60,052 bases of DNA from an uncultured Eubacteriales bacterium (GCA_964541375.1 CAZIPT010000004.1:1-60052); one strand, 5' to 3'. Shown: positions 27,408-37,458, counted from the stretch's first letter. Numbers and translations are program-made. Notes: a model not told the origin generated them from the letters alone.

Positions 27408-30116
27408 ATGACGACCGCCCCGTCAGCACCCGAGAAACCGATAGGCCCGCCGCCCACGGCCTGGTACCGACTGTCGGTCCCCGAGACGCTCGAACGCGCG
27501 CAGACCCGGTCGGGCCGCGGCTTGGATACGGCGACCGCAGCCGAGCGGCTTGCGATTGACGGCCCCAACGAGCTCGCACCGCCTCCGCGGCCTTCTCGGC
27601 TGCGGATGTTCGTGTCGCAGTTCAACGACATCATGGTGTGGCTGCTGATCGTCGCCGCGTCGATTGCCGCAGTGGGGCGGGACTGGGTGGACGCCGCGGT
27701 GATCATGGTGATCATCGTGCTCAACGCGGTGTTGGGGTTCGTCCAGGAGAACAAGGCCGAGCAGGCGATCGACGCCCTGCGTGAGATGTCGGCGCCCCAT
27801 GCGACGGTGCTGCGCGACGGACGCAAGGCAACGCTTTCAGCTGGCGAGCTGGTGGTGGGCGACATCGTGGTTCTGACGGCGGGCGACATCGTGCCGGCCG
27901 ACCTGCGCCTGATCGAGGTCGCCGATCTGCAAGTCGACGAGTCCTCCCTCACAGGCGAGTCGCTGGCGGTCCTCAAGAGCACCGACGCTCTCGACGGCGC
28001 CGACCTGGTCCTGGGCGACCGCGGCAACATGGCGAGCCTGGGCTCGACGATCCAACGGGGCCGCGGGCTTGGCGTTGTCGTGGCGACCGGCGAGCGCACC
28101 GAACTCGGCCGGATCGCCGAGGTCGCCAGCGGTCAGGAGCCCTTGACGCCGCTCCAGCGCGAGCTCAAGCGCGTCGGCCGTTTCATCGCGGCGTTCGTGG
28201 TGGTCGCCTCAGGCCTGGTGTTCGCCGCCGGAGCCATCGCGGGCCGACCGCTCGACGAGATGTTCCTCGCAGCGATCTCGCTGGCCGTCTCGGCGATTCC
28301 CGAGGCGCTGACGGCTGTCGTGACCATCACGCTGGGTGTGGGCGTCAAGCGCATGGCCGAGAAGCGCGCGATCGTGCGCAAGATGCATTCGGTCGAGACG
28401 CTCGGGTCGACCGACGTGATCGCTACCGACAAGACCGGCACGCTCACGCTCAACGAGATGACGGTCGTTGCGCTCGAGGGCCCCGACGGCAGCTCCATCG
28501 GTCCCGCCGACATGGGAGCCGATGCGCCCGATTGGGCCAAGCGCATGCTCCGCGCCGGCATCATGGTCAACGACGCCGAGGTCACCGCCGCCCAGGCGGT
28601 GGGTGATCCCACCGAGACCGCGCTGGTCGCTGCGGCGCAACGCGCGGGCCTCGAAAAGGCCGTGCTTGAATCGCTGGCGCCGCGCCTCCACGAAGTCGCG
28701 TTCACGTCGGAGCGCAAGATGATGACCACGCTCCATCAGGACTCCGACGGCTGGATCGCCTACACCAAGGGCGCTCCCGAGAAGGTCCTGCGTCTGTGCA
28801 CGCTCGACCCGCGCACGCTCGCCGAGGTCGAGGCCACACTTGTGCGCATGGCCTCGGGCGGCCTGCGCACCCTCGCAGTCGCCGAGAGACGCTTTGACTC
28901 GCGCCCGGAGAACCTCGAACTCGCCGAGGAGCAGCTCACCCTGCTCGGCGTGGTCGGCATGGTCGATCCGCCCCGGCCGGAGGTGCCCGAGGCGATCCGC
29001 GTCGCGCAACACGCCGGCGTGCGCGTGATCATGGTGACCGGCGACCACGAGGTCACCGCCCGCGCCATCGCGACCGAGGTGGGACTGCCTGAGGGTGGAA
29101 GCGTGCTCAGCGGCCGTGACATCGAGCGCATGGACGACGACGAGCTCGCCGTCGCACTGGTCGACGCCAGCGTCGTGGCCCGGGTCGACCCGCTGCACAA
29201 GATGCGGATCGTGAAGGCGCTGCAGGCGGGCGGGCACGTCGTCGCGGTCACCGGCGACGGCGTCAACGACGCGCCGGCTCTCTCGGCAGCCGATGTGGGC
29301 GTCGCGATGGGCATCACAGGCACCGAAGTCGCCAAGGACGCTTCGGACATGGTGCTCGCCGATGACAACTTCGCGACTATCGTCTCGGCGATAGCTGAGG
29401 GGCGCGTGGTCTTCACCAACCTCTCGAAGTTCATCCAGTTCCTGCTCTCGGCCAACATGAGCCAGGTGCTGCTGATGTTCCTTGCCACGGTGGCCGGCCT
29501 GCCCGTTCCGCTCTACCCGGTGCAGCTGCTCTGGACCAACATGGCGACAGACAGCCTCCCGGCCCTCGCGCTTGGCGTCGATCCTGCCGAGGAGGGCATG
29601 ATGGACCGCCCGCCGAGAGGCCCCGGCGAAGGCATCATGACTCGGCAGTCGGTCGCGCAGATCGTGGCGCGTGGTTCGGTGCTGATGGTCGGGACACTCG
29701 GCGCGTATCTGGGCGTGCTCGCGTTCTATGGAGTGCCGCTTTCGCACGACGCATTCGCGCCACAGTACGCGCACTACGTGATGTCGGCGCAGACCGCCGC
29801 GTTTACCGCGCTGGTCTTCCAGAAGCTGCTGTTCTCGCTCACGTTCCGATCGCTGGAACACTCGATCTTCTCGCGCGCGAGCTTTGGGAACCCGCTACTA
29901 CTTGGGGCGATCGCCGTCGGTGCGCTCATGCAGCTGGTCGTCGTCTACTTTCCCGGCGCCGAGGAGATCTTCCGCACCGTGCCGCTGGGGCTCGCCGAGT
30001 GGCAGATCATGGCGCCGGCGATCGTGCTGCCCGTGCTGGTGATCGACGCGTTCAAGGTATTTCGGGCACGGCGTGCGGCGCGGGTGAAAGCGGACGCCGA
30101 CCGCCTCGCCGCCTAG
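27408..30116 (+). CDS. Cation-translocating P-type ATPase (type II, YoaB/Ca2+-ATPase-like)
   Basis: TGES, DKTGTLT, KGAPE, TGD, GDGVNDAPAL motifs; 10-TM layout. Confidence 0.93.
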   Translation: MTTAPSAPEKPIGPPPTAWYRLSVPETLERAQTRSGRGLDTATAAERLAIDGPNELAPPPRPSRLRMFVSQFNDIMVWLLIVAASIAAVGRDWVDAAVIMVIIVLNAVLGFVQENKAEQAIDALREMSAPHATVLRDGRKATLSAGELVVGDIVVLTAGDIVPADLRLIEVADLQVDESSLTGESLAVLKSTDALDGADLVLGDRGNMASLGSTIQRGRGLGVVVATGERTELGRIAEVASGQEPLTPLQRELKRVGRFIAAFVVVASGLVFAAGAIAGRPLDEMFLAAISLAVSAIPEALTAVVTITLGVGVKRMAEKRAIVRKMHSVETLGSTDVIATDKTGTLTLNEMTVVALEGPDGSSIGPADMGADAPDWAKRMLRAGIMVNDAEVTAAQAVGDPTETALVAAAQRAGLEKAVLESLAPRLHEVAFTSERKMMTTLHQDSDGWIAYTKGAPEKVLRLCTLDPRTLAEVEATLVRMASGGLRTLAVAERRFDSRPENLELAEEQLTLLGVVGMVDPPRPEVPEAIRVAQHAGVRVIMVTGDHEVTARAIATEVGLPEGGSVLSGRDIERMDDDELAVALVDASVVARVDPLHKMRIVKALQAGGHVVAVTGDGVNDAPALSAADVGVAMGITGTEVAKDASDMVLADDNFATIVSAIAEGRVVFTNLSKFIQFLLSANMSQVLLMFLATVAGLPVPLYPVQLLWTNMATDSLPALALGVDPAEEGMMDRPPRGPGEGIMTRQSVAQIVARGSVLMVGTLGAYLGVLAFYGVPLSHDAFAPQYAHYVMSAQTAAFTALVFQKLLFSLTFRSLEHSIFSRASFGNPLLLGAIAVGALMQLVVVYFPGAEEIFRTVPLGLAEWQIMAPAIVLPVLVIDAFKVFRARRAARVKADADRLAA

Positions 30117-30207
30117 TCCAGACCCGAGAGGCGTCGGCACTGAGCGTCTCCCCTTGGTCGAGGTGGGCGCGCACAATCGCGAATGACGGGCTGTAGTCGA
30201 TCTCGGT

Positions 30208-30235
30208 AGCCATGAGGAGTCTCTTTCTCATGGCT
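30208..30235. terminator. Hairpin between convergent genes
   Basis: AGCCATGAG/CTCATGGCT inverted repeat. Confidence 0.6.
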
Positions 30236-30270
30236 CATTCAAGGCATCACTTCTGATTGCCGCGGAAGGG

Positions 30271-31092
30271 CTACTTCGCGAACGTCGCCAGAAGCCACGC
30301 GCCGATCAGCGGCATCGTGAAGATGAACCAGTCGTTGAAGATGTGCGCACCGGTCGAGACCCAGATGTTCTTGGTCTTCATGTAGGCGAGCGAGAGAATC
30401 AGGCGAGCGAGGCTGATTGTCAGGAGGACCTGCATCACGTTCCAGTTGTAGGTGGGCAGGTGGAGCAGCCCGAAGATGATCGCCGAGATCACCCAGGCCC
30501 ACAACACGCTCCCCTTGCGGCCCATCTTGAACGTCTTGGTAAACAGATACATGATCGCCAGGAAAGGCAGGATGGTGAGGAGCTCCTCGCCAAACAACTG
30601 AATTCCGGTGCCGGAGTAGAACGCGAAGAGCCCGGCCGGCCCCTTGCCGACGACTGCGGTGGCAGCCGGGTTCGCCGCAGTTGTGAAGAGCCTCATGGTG
30701 ATGGCGCCGACACCCGTCGTCACGAGGACGTTGATGATGCCGAACCCGAACATCCACAAGACGTCCTTGAAGCCGACCTTTCGGAAGATCGCCTTCCAGT
30801 GCTTGGGGGTTACGAAGGCGAGTGCGAGGAGCGGGATCGCGACGAACAGCACGCGGGGGATGAATGGGAGCCAATCGCCCTTCAAGTGGTCGAGGCCGTA
30901 CCCGAGAATCAGAAAGCTCACCGCCACGGCGACCATGACGATCGCCCACTGGACGCCTGTGATGATCGTCGGCCAGCCGCGGTAGTAGGGGAAGTCGTCC
31001 CCGTTCTTGTACTCGAGCCAGTTGAATCGCTCATTCTTGGGCACCTCAGGTGCGCCCATCGTGCTCGACGATGCATCGGCGGTACGGGACAC
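30271..31092 (-). CDS. CPBP (Abi/CAAX) family intramembrane glutamic endopeptidase
   Basis: GEEL, FGLLH, AHIFND motifs. Confidence 0.88.
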   Translation of the reverse strand: MSRTADASSSTMGAPEVPKNERFNWLEYKNGDDFPYYRGWPTIITGVQWAIVMVAVAVSFLILGYGLDHLKGDWLPFIPRVLFVAIPLLALAFVTPKHWKAIFRKVGFKDVLWMFGFGIINVLVTTGVGAITMRLFTTAANPAATAVVGKGPAGLFAFYSGTGIQLFGEELLTILPFLAIMYLFTKTFKMGRKGSVLWAWVISAIIFGLLHLPTYNWNVMQVLLTISLARLILSLAYMKTKNIWVSTGAHIFNDWFIFTMPLIGAWLLATFAK

Positions 31093-31199
31093 GGGTTTCC
31101 TCCTCCTGTTGGGCTGCGGGACGATGCTGCTTCAGATGTGCCCATATTCCGCGTATTCGGACCCGGGGACGCATAGGATTCCTCGGCAGTAGATGGATG

Positions 31200-31419
31200 A
31201 CATCGGGGCAGTATCGTCTGCGATATCGTCTCGATAGCTGAACGGCGCGTCGGCGACGTGCGCCTTGAGGTCGGCGAGGCGATTGTCGGCCTCGGACTGG
31301 GTGATGAGGCCGTCGCCGACCTCACTGTCGAGTGCGGCCTTGGGCGCATGCGGCGCGAGCTCGACGATCTGGGCGGCCGTCACGTTCTTCGGCGCGCCAC
31401 GGCGCGGGTACGAAGTCAA
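31200..31419 (-). pseudogene. Possible remnant of a hypothetical protein gene
   Basis: Protein-like helical stretch KAALDSEVGDGLITQSEADNRLADLKAHV with no convincing start. Confidence 0.3.
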
Positions 31420-31452
31420 AATGCTACGCGCTGTCCGGTCGTCGGCGATGGG

Positions 31453-33507
31453 CTAGCCGTCTGCGGTTGCCGCTTCCTGCATGGATTGTCTGATCTGCCG
31501 AGCATGGAGCCCCATGCCCAGGCGGTCGCAGAGTGCCAGCGCGTCAGCGAACGCAAGGTCGGCGGCGGGTTGGTCAGCGCGGTCTTGCGCGAGCAGCGCC
31601 TCGACCCAGAGCGCGTTCACGAGCGTCCACTCGTCGGCCGGGTCGCGGTCATTGAGCGCAGTGGACAAGCTCTTCTCGGCGGCTGTGTCGTCGCCCAGAA
31701 GGTGCAGCGCGTGAGCGCGGTAAGCCTCGAAGATGGCCGAGAACGGAGGAGATCCGGCTTCGGCGCCGGCGGCAATACCGATGTCGGCCCACTCCAGCGC
31801 ATCGGCAGGCAAGTCGAACTCGAGCATCGCTTCACACAACTGACGCGTGAACAGCGGAACCTGTTCAGGGATGATCTCCGGCATGTGCGCCTTGATCAGC
31901 TCAGCTGCAGCGAGACAGGCCGCCCGCGAATCGCGGGGCCTCATCAGGAGACGCGAAGCGTGGAGCGCGTGCTCCGGAAGGTAGGCCTCGTAGTCGGGCA
32001 GCGGGTTGAGCTGACGCACCCGTGCCTGCTTCCCCATGAAGTAATACGTGGTCATTGCGAGCATCCGCGCGGGAATCTCACCACTCGCACGCTCCATCCC
32101 GGGCGGCAAGGTCCCCAAGACCGCGAGCAGCTCCTCGTGCCGCTGGGCGCTGACCTTCATGTCGCCCGTGAGAAGTGCCAACTCAGCGTAGTAGATCATG
32201 AAGGTGATCGTCGCCGACGGGTCAGCGGAGTAGGGGACGAGCCCACTGACCCTCTCGAGACGCTCGCCGGCGCTGGTCAGCCGGCAGGTGGCGAAATCCA
32301 TCACCGACATCATCGTCTCGATCCGGATCTCGTAGTCACGGTTGTGGAGTCGCTTGGCCAGCTTAAGTCCCTCTTCACTCAGGCTCGCCAAACGCGCGCC
32401 ATCCCCGGTGACTGCCGCCACGTTGGCGGCGGTGTGCAAGGCGCGGCAGTAGATGGCAGATTCCCCGAATCGTCGGTAGTAGGAGAGGGCATGCTCGATC
32501 TCGGGTACGGCGAGATCAGGTCGCGGGCCGGTATACGTGCCGATCAGCGCGGACGCGCGCGATAGTGAGACTCGAGCGAGACCCTCCTCGTCGTCTGCTT
32601 CCTGGTACAGCCGCTGCGCCCGTTCAAGCGTCCTTAGTGCTGCATCCGAGTCGCCGGTATCGGTCTGGCTGTCGGCCATCGCGACGAGTAGCCCAGCCCG
32701 GTAGAGCGGCCCCCCGATGACGTCCTTACCGAAGCGGTCGGGGACCCCCCTGCGCTGTCGCGAAGGCTTCTTACTGTCACGGGGTTTCAGGCCGATCTCC
32801 CGGCACAACTCCATGGTTGCGGGAGACGGTTCAACGCCCAGCTCGTCCAGCAATTGCGTGCGGCACGCCTCAAATTGCTGGAGCGCTCCTGCAGGGTTTC
32901 CGCTCTGGCCGTGCAAGCGCATGAGCGCGCAGTGCGCTTCCTCATTCAGGGGCTCAGCGGCCACCAGTCGGGTGGCGTAGGGGATCGCCGCCTCGTAGAG
33001 GCCCGCCCGGCTGAGTTCGGTTACTGCCTGGCGCAGTAGAGCGAGATGTACCGCATCGAGCCGGCGGCGTTCCTGGGCGGCCCAATCGCTGTCGATGGTT
33101 GGCAGGAACAGCCCCGTGTACCCTGCGGCTGCGCTGATCACTTGCGATAGCGAACCCTCAGGAGAATCGAGTGCTGCTCGGGCAGCTCCTTCAAAGTCCA
33201 GAGCGTCGACTACGACATCGTGGCCGTTGGGTCGAACGCAGACGTCGGTTCTGCGCACCTCAAGAACGCCGTCACACCCCGCCGCTCCCAGAGTGCCGCG
33301 CAGTCGGTACAGCGACTGCCGCAGATTGGCGGACGCACGAGCGTCTGTCACCTCGGGCCACAGCATCGATCGCAGCCGCTCGCGCGAAATCCATTTCTCC
33401 TTGTTCCACAACAGAAAGGCAGCGAGTTCAGCAACCTTCGAGGTAGGAAAGCTCACCGGTTCGTTGTCGACAAAGAGAGAGAGTCCACCCAGCATTCGTG
33501 CGCGCAT
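31453..33507 (-). CDS. SARP/BTAD-domain transcriptional activator with TPR-like C-terminus
   Basis: ATG 33507 after GGGGGAG; SRERLRSMLWP...NLRQSLYRLR wHTH; EPLNEEAH...LM...ELGVEPS BTAD; the longer ORF start overlaps the upstream gene. Confidence 0.9.
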   Translation of the reverse strand: MRARMLGGLSLFVDNEPVSFPTSKVAELAAFLLWNKEKWISRERLRSMLWPEVTDARASANLRQSLYRLRGTLGAAGCDGVLEVRRTDVCVRPNGHDVVVDALDFEGAARAALDSPEGSLSQVISAAAGYTGLFLPTIDSDWAAQERRRLDAVHLALLRQAVTELSRAGLYEAAIPYATRLVAAEPLNEEAHCALMRLHGQSGNPAGALQQFEACRTQLLDELGVEPSPATMELCREIGLKPRDSKKPSRQRRGVPDRFGKDVIGGPLYRAGLLVAMADSQTDTGDSDAALRTLERAQRLYQEADDEEGLARVSLSRASALIGTYTGPRPDLAVPEIEHALSYYRRFGESAIYCRALHTAANVAAVTGDGARLASLSEEGLKLAKRLHNRDYEIRIETMMSVMDFATCRLTSAGERLERVSGLVPYSADPSATITFMIYYAELALLTGDMKVSAQRHEELLAVLGTLPPGMERASGEIPARMLAMTTYYFMGKQARVRQLNPLPDYEAYLPEHALHASRLLMRPRDSRAACLAAAELIKAHMPEIIPEQVPLFTRQLCEAMLEFDLPADALEWADIGIAAGAEAGSPPFSAIFEAYRAHALHLLGDDTAAEKSLSTALNDRDPADEWTLVNALWVEALLAQDRADQPAADLAFADALALCDRLGMGLHARQIRQSMQEAATADG

Positions 33508-33638
33508 CGTTGCTCCCCCGAGCTGCTCGCAGTGCCCCCTTGGCCTCGCGCAGGAGTGCAGCAGAGACCAACAGCAGGTTATTCCACTGGTCCCAGGGAT
33601 TGCAAACATGGTGGATGAGCGGGAGCTGGCGACCGCAA

Positions 33639-33672
33639 AGAAGAAGGGCGGGATTGCCCCCGCCCTTCTTCT
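33639..33672. terminator. Terminator hairpin downstream of 33696-34961
   Basis: AGAAGAAGGGCGGG/CCCGCCCTTCTTCT inverted repeat. Confidence 0.75.
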
Positions 33673-33695
33673 ACTTTCGACGATCTGTCGGGTCC

Positions 33696-34961
33696 TTACC
33701 TCGCGGTAAACGACTTGGCGCCCGAGGTGCACGGTTCGTAGACCGCCGATCCAGCGTAGCTTGCCACCATCTTCCACTTCCCGGAGTACGGCAGCTTGTA
33801 CGAAAGCGTCAGGCGTCCGTCGGCCGCGGCGCTCATGGGCTTGGTGGCCCGCAGTCGCCAATACTTGACCTTGACATTCTTCATCTTGCCTCGGACCCGC
33901 TTCTTGACGGTCTTTGTCTCGTACCGGTAGAGGGCGAGGTTGGTGCTTCCCGCAGTTGCCGCCGCCCCGGGAGTCAGAGATGCCGAGAAGATGGCCGACT
34001 TGTGGTGCTTCGGAGTCGATGGGGTGACGCTCGGCACTGACAGAGCAGCTACCTGCTTTGCGGTGATTGTCGGCGGTGGTGGCGTGCCGAAGCGAAGGGT
34101 AATCGTCTTGGCGTCTTCGACATTGCCGTCGTTGTCGACCGACCAGTAGGACACGTTGGTTACGCCCGGTACGTACGCGAATTGAACCGGGGCCGTGTAT
34201 TTGGTCGTCGTGCCGGTTCCGATGCGATAGTAGATCGTCGGCGGCAGGCCGGTGTTGTCGGTGGCACTCATTGCCAGTGCGACTGGCCACTGTACCCAAC
34301 CGCCGGGGTAGCCCGTGACCGTTGTGACCGGCTTTATGTCGTCGGGCGGGCCCAGTTCGACGAGGTCCCAGTAGGACAAGCGCTCCTTGTAGAGGTCGCC
34401 CCCCTGGGTCCTGAGCCAGATGCGCACGGCGCCTGCGTTTGCGGGAGCGGTTGCGGTCAACCTCATCTGGGTCCACCCGTTGCCGTTCACCCCAAAATCA
34501 CTGCCAAGACAGGCGGTGGAACCGAGGGCGTTGCCGCCCACTTTCGTTAGAAACTCCATGTAGGCGACGGTTGCGTCAGGAACGTTGCTCTTTGCCCATA
34601 CCTTCAGTCGTATCGGCTGTCCCCCCGGTATCGCCACATCTTGCATGACCGATCCGTACCAGGTGATGTCCACCCACGGTACGAACTGCTTCGAGGGCAC
34701 GGCCGTCCTGACACACTGAAGTCCATGGTGGATCGGGTAGACATCGATGAGGCTAACGCGCTCTCGGTCGTTGTACGGCCATAGCGCAGGAAGCGACGGA
34801 TTCGCCCCTGCTTGCTCGAAGCTCGGATTCTCCACGACGTAGGCGAACGCCGACGGCGCCGCTGCGAGTCCGATGATGAGCGCGAGCGCGAGACCTATCA
34901 TCACGCGCGATCCCCGGGAGCGCGGTACCTCCCAACCATGATCCAGCCTACTTCTGTTCAT
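33696..34961 (-). CDS. Secreted protein: CBM4/9-like domain, Ig-like domain, Lys/Arg-rich C-terminal domain
   Basis: GGAGGGAGG RBS; signal peptide ending AFA; NPSFE...YWDLVEL; YWSVDNDGNVE. Confidence 0.78.
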   Translation of the reverse strand: MNRSRLDHGWEVPRSRGSRVMIGLALALIIGLAAAPSAFAYVVENPSFEQAGANPSLPALWPYNDRERVSLIDVYPIHHGLQCVRTAVPSKQFVPWVDITWYGSVMQDVAIPGGQPIRLKVWAKSNVPDATVAYMEFLTKVGGNALGSTACLGSDFGVNGNGWTQMRLTATAPANAGAVRIWLRTQGGDLYKERLSYWDLVELGPPDDIKPVTTVTGYPGGWVQWPVALAMSATDNTGLPPTIYYRIGTGTTTKYTAPVQFAYVPGVTNVSYWSVDNDGNVEDAKTITLRFGTPPPPTITAKQVAALSVPSVTPSTPKHHKSAIFSASLTPGAAATAGSTNLALYRYETKTVKKRVRGKMKNVKVKYWRLRATKPMSAAADGRLTLSYKLPYSGKWKMVASYAGSAVYEPCTSGAKSFTAR

Positions 34962-35122
34962 GTCTTCCTCCCTCCGTGACCCCCCGCGTGATCAGATTCC
35001 AAACCGACGGACTCTGTGAGAGTCGGCGGGCGCCGCCTGGTTGAATTCCAAACTCGCTTTTGACGGAAGCCGACTCTTCGCAAAGGCCCGCTCAACCCTT
35101 GCGTGACTGAGCCTAGCGGCGC

Positions 35123-35144
35123 GAGCGTCACAAGAGCGTCACAA
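35123..35144. promoter_or_regulatory. Perfect 11-bp tandem repeat, candidate SARP/OmpR-type operator
   Basis: GAGCGTCACAA x2, about 160 bp upstream of 34961. Confidence 0.5.
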
Positions 35145-35411
35145 GCGGGATGCGTTTGCCGCGAACAATGCCGAGCGCGGCCCGGCGAGTCGAGGGTGTC
35201 TCGATCAGCGCGGGGCGGCAATGGTCCTGTCGGCGGCGGCTGTGCTCGCGTAGCACATTGAGCGAGAAGGATTCAAGGTGAAGCTGCACAGGGCGAGCCG
35301 CCCTTGATTGGCGGCCCCAATGGTGTCAAGTGGTGCTGCAACAAGGCATCGAGCCAAGCCTCAGCGGTTGCCCACACCCACCTGCGGTGCTAGTATCCAT
35401 TCTCGCGCTAC

Positions 35412-35497
35412 GCGGGTGTGGCGGAATGGCAGACGCGCATGGTTCAGGTCCATGTGGGGGCAACCCCGTGAAGGTTCAACTCCTTTCACCCGCACCA
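35412..35497 (+). tRNA. tRNA-Leu(CAG)
   Basis: 86 nt GCGGGTG...CACCCGC-ACCA; anticodon arm CATGG-TTCAGGT-CCATG; long variable arm. Confidence 0.97.
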
Positions 35498-35507
35498 CGA
35501 ACCAATT

Positions 35508-35541
35508 GCAGCCTCATCCCCTTTGGGTTGGGGCTGCTTTC
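35508..35541 (+). terminator. Terminator after tRNA-Leu
   Basis: GCAGCCTCATCCC/GGGTTGGGGCTGC hairpin followed by TTT. Confidence 0.7.
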
Positions 35542-35584
35542 TCTCCTGGGCGAGTTCGGCGCTGACTCTTTGGACACCGGATGA

Positions 35585-36550
35585 TCAGGGAGGGGGAGTC
35601 TGCGCGGGATGGGCGTTGCGCAAGTAGATGCGATCGTCTCTTTGGACCAGGCTCCCCAACAGCGGACGTAGAAGGTTCTTGGCGATTTGCTTCGGTCCGA
35701 GCCAGTCTGTCCGGTACTCGCACTGAATTCGGGACGGCATCCTCACTTCTTCCATGCCGGCCTCTTGGGCCATCCGGACGAGAGTTGACCTTCTGTAGCA
35801 GTTGATGTGCTCCAAGGGGGCGACCGGCATGAGTGAGTCTTCGGAACCTGTCGGCGCAGCCCAATCCATTCGCCTGAGCTTTCGCTCTATTCCGCCAGCA
35901 GTTGGAACGGCGATCTTGAGCATCCCCGTGCTCTTGAGGGATCCGGCCAGATGGCGCAGCGTATTCAGTGGTTCCGATATGTGTTCGAACACCTGCTCTG
36001 TGTTGATGAAGTCGAAGCGATACTCGGGTATCTGGTCCCAGCTAATGACTTGTATGCCGTTCGCCGTTGCGTGTTCAACGCGCTTCCGCGAGAGCTCCGT
36101 GCCGTAGGAATCGCATCCGAATGCCTTGGCCATAAGCGCCCAGTCGGCCCAGCCCATGCCGAAATCGAGGAACGCAAGCGACGGGGGGCTTTGCCCGAAG
36201 AACGAGATCAGCTGCATGATCTCCTGTGCGTAGGGTGCACACTGGGCCAGCTCCTCGGATCTCGCACGTTCCCGGGAGTCTGTCGGTGATATCCAATGGT
36301 CGTAGAGGCGCTGCGCCATGCTCGGGTCTGGGATATCCCTCTGGAAGATCAGACTACAGACCTAGCACTCGCACAGAACATAGGCGCAGCCGTCAAGGCA
36401 GCCGAATTCCTGTGGATCGGGATTCACGTAGAAGTCTCTCAGATACTCTCTGAGCGGGGATTCATCGTATGGCGCCTGATACCTCGTGACGAATCTGTTA
36501 GAACCACAAGCGGGACACGCCGTTCGAGTCTCAAGCGACGTACAGCCCAT
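35585..36550 (-). pseudogene. Class I SAM-dependent methyltransferase with N-terminal Zn-ribbon; in-frame TAG at 36362-36364
   Basis: CPAC...C*VC reads on in frame into SLIFQRDIPDPSMAQRLY; LDFGMGW and EQVFEH motifs. Confidence 0.8.
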
Positions 36551-36672
36551 GAGCTCTTCCACCTCGTGCACTAGGATGCCCCCGGATTGCCGGACTGTCC
36601 CCAGCCCAGCTCATCGAGCATAGGTCAGCGAATCCGGCCAGACAAGAAGCCGCCCCGCCGCCGCCCTCGTCC

Positions 36673-37458
36673 TCAGCCGAAGCGCACGCAGCGCATCGAC
36701 ATGCTGCCCATCTCGACTCCGGTGTGCGTGAAGGTGACGGCGTCGTCTCCGTCGCTCATCGCGGTCGGGTACAGCAGCGGCAGATAGTGGTCGTTGGTCG
36801 GTACTGAAAGCTGCGCCATCGTCCCGGCACGCTGGTAGTTCACCAATGCGTCACGGTCTCCTCGGCTGATAGCGTCAGCGATCCAGGCGTCGAACTCCTC
36901 GGCCCACGGACGTGCGGGGGCGGCCGGTTCCCAGCTGATGCCGGCGAAGCTGTGGACCATGTTGCCGCTGCCGACCACGAGTACGCCCGCGTCGCGCAGA
37001 GGCGCGAGCCTGCGGCCGATCTCCCAGTGGGTCTCGGCGGGGGCACTCGCGTCCAGCGAGAGTTCGAAGACGGGGACATCAGCGTCGGGCCACATGTGTC
37101 GCAGCACCGACCACGACGCATGATCGAGCCCCCAACCGTCGTCGGCGACCGCCTCGGCTACCAGTTCGCAGACCGTGTTCGCGTCCGCAGGCGAGCCGAG
37201 CGCAGGATACTGCACCGCGTACAGCTCCTCCGGGAAGCCGCCGAAGTCGTGAATCGTGCGGGGATTCGCCGCGCTCAGTACGTGCGTGCCGCGGGTGAGC
37301 CAGTGCGCCGAGACCACCAGCACCGATCTGGGTCGCGGCAGGTCTCCTGCCAGCGTGCTCAGGCTGCGCGTGAAGTCGGAGTCAGCAAGCGCGTTCATCG
37401 GATTGCCGTGCGCGAGGAACAGCGCAGGCATCCGTTTCGTTGTCTCGTAGCCGTCCAT
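36673..37458 (-). CDS. ygiD: 4,5-DOPA extradiol dioxygenase (LigB family)
   Basis: MPALFLAHGNPMNA, SAHW, HDFGGFP, GLDH, GSGNMVH, DHYLPL motifs. Confidence 0.88.
   Translation of the reverse strand: MDGYETTKRMPALFLAHGNPMNALADSDFTRSLSTLAGDLPRPRSVLVVSAHWLTRGTHVLSAANPRTIHDFGGFPEELYAVQYPALGSPADANTVCELVAEAVADDGWGLDHASWSVLRHMWPDADVPVFELSLDASAPAETHWEIGRRLAPLRDAGVLVVGSGNMVHSFAGISWEPAAPARPWAEEFDAWIADAISRGDRDALVNYQRAGTMAQLSVPTNDHYLPLLYPTAMSDGDDAVTFTHTGVEMGSMSMRCVRFG

Noticed and set aside
23915-33672. Two hairpins sharing GAAGGGCGGGATT...CCCGCCCTTC as a possible REP/MITE family
   Set aside because: Only two short copies, both at gene ends; ordinary terminators explain them.
33508-34476. N-terminal 323 aa of the 1007-aa ORF
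   Set aside because: Alternative-frame overlap with the secreted protein gene and crosses a terminator; the real start is 33507.
35412-36600. Integrative island at tRNA-Leu
   Set aside because: No duplicate of the tRNA-Leu 3' end and no integrase seen in the window.
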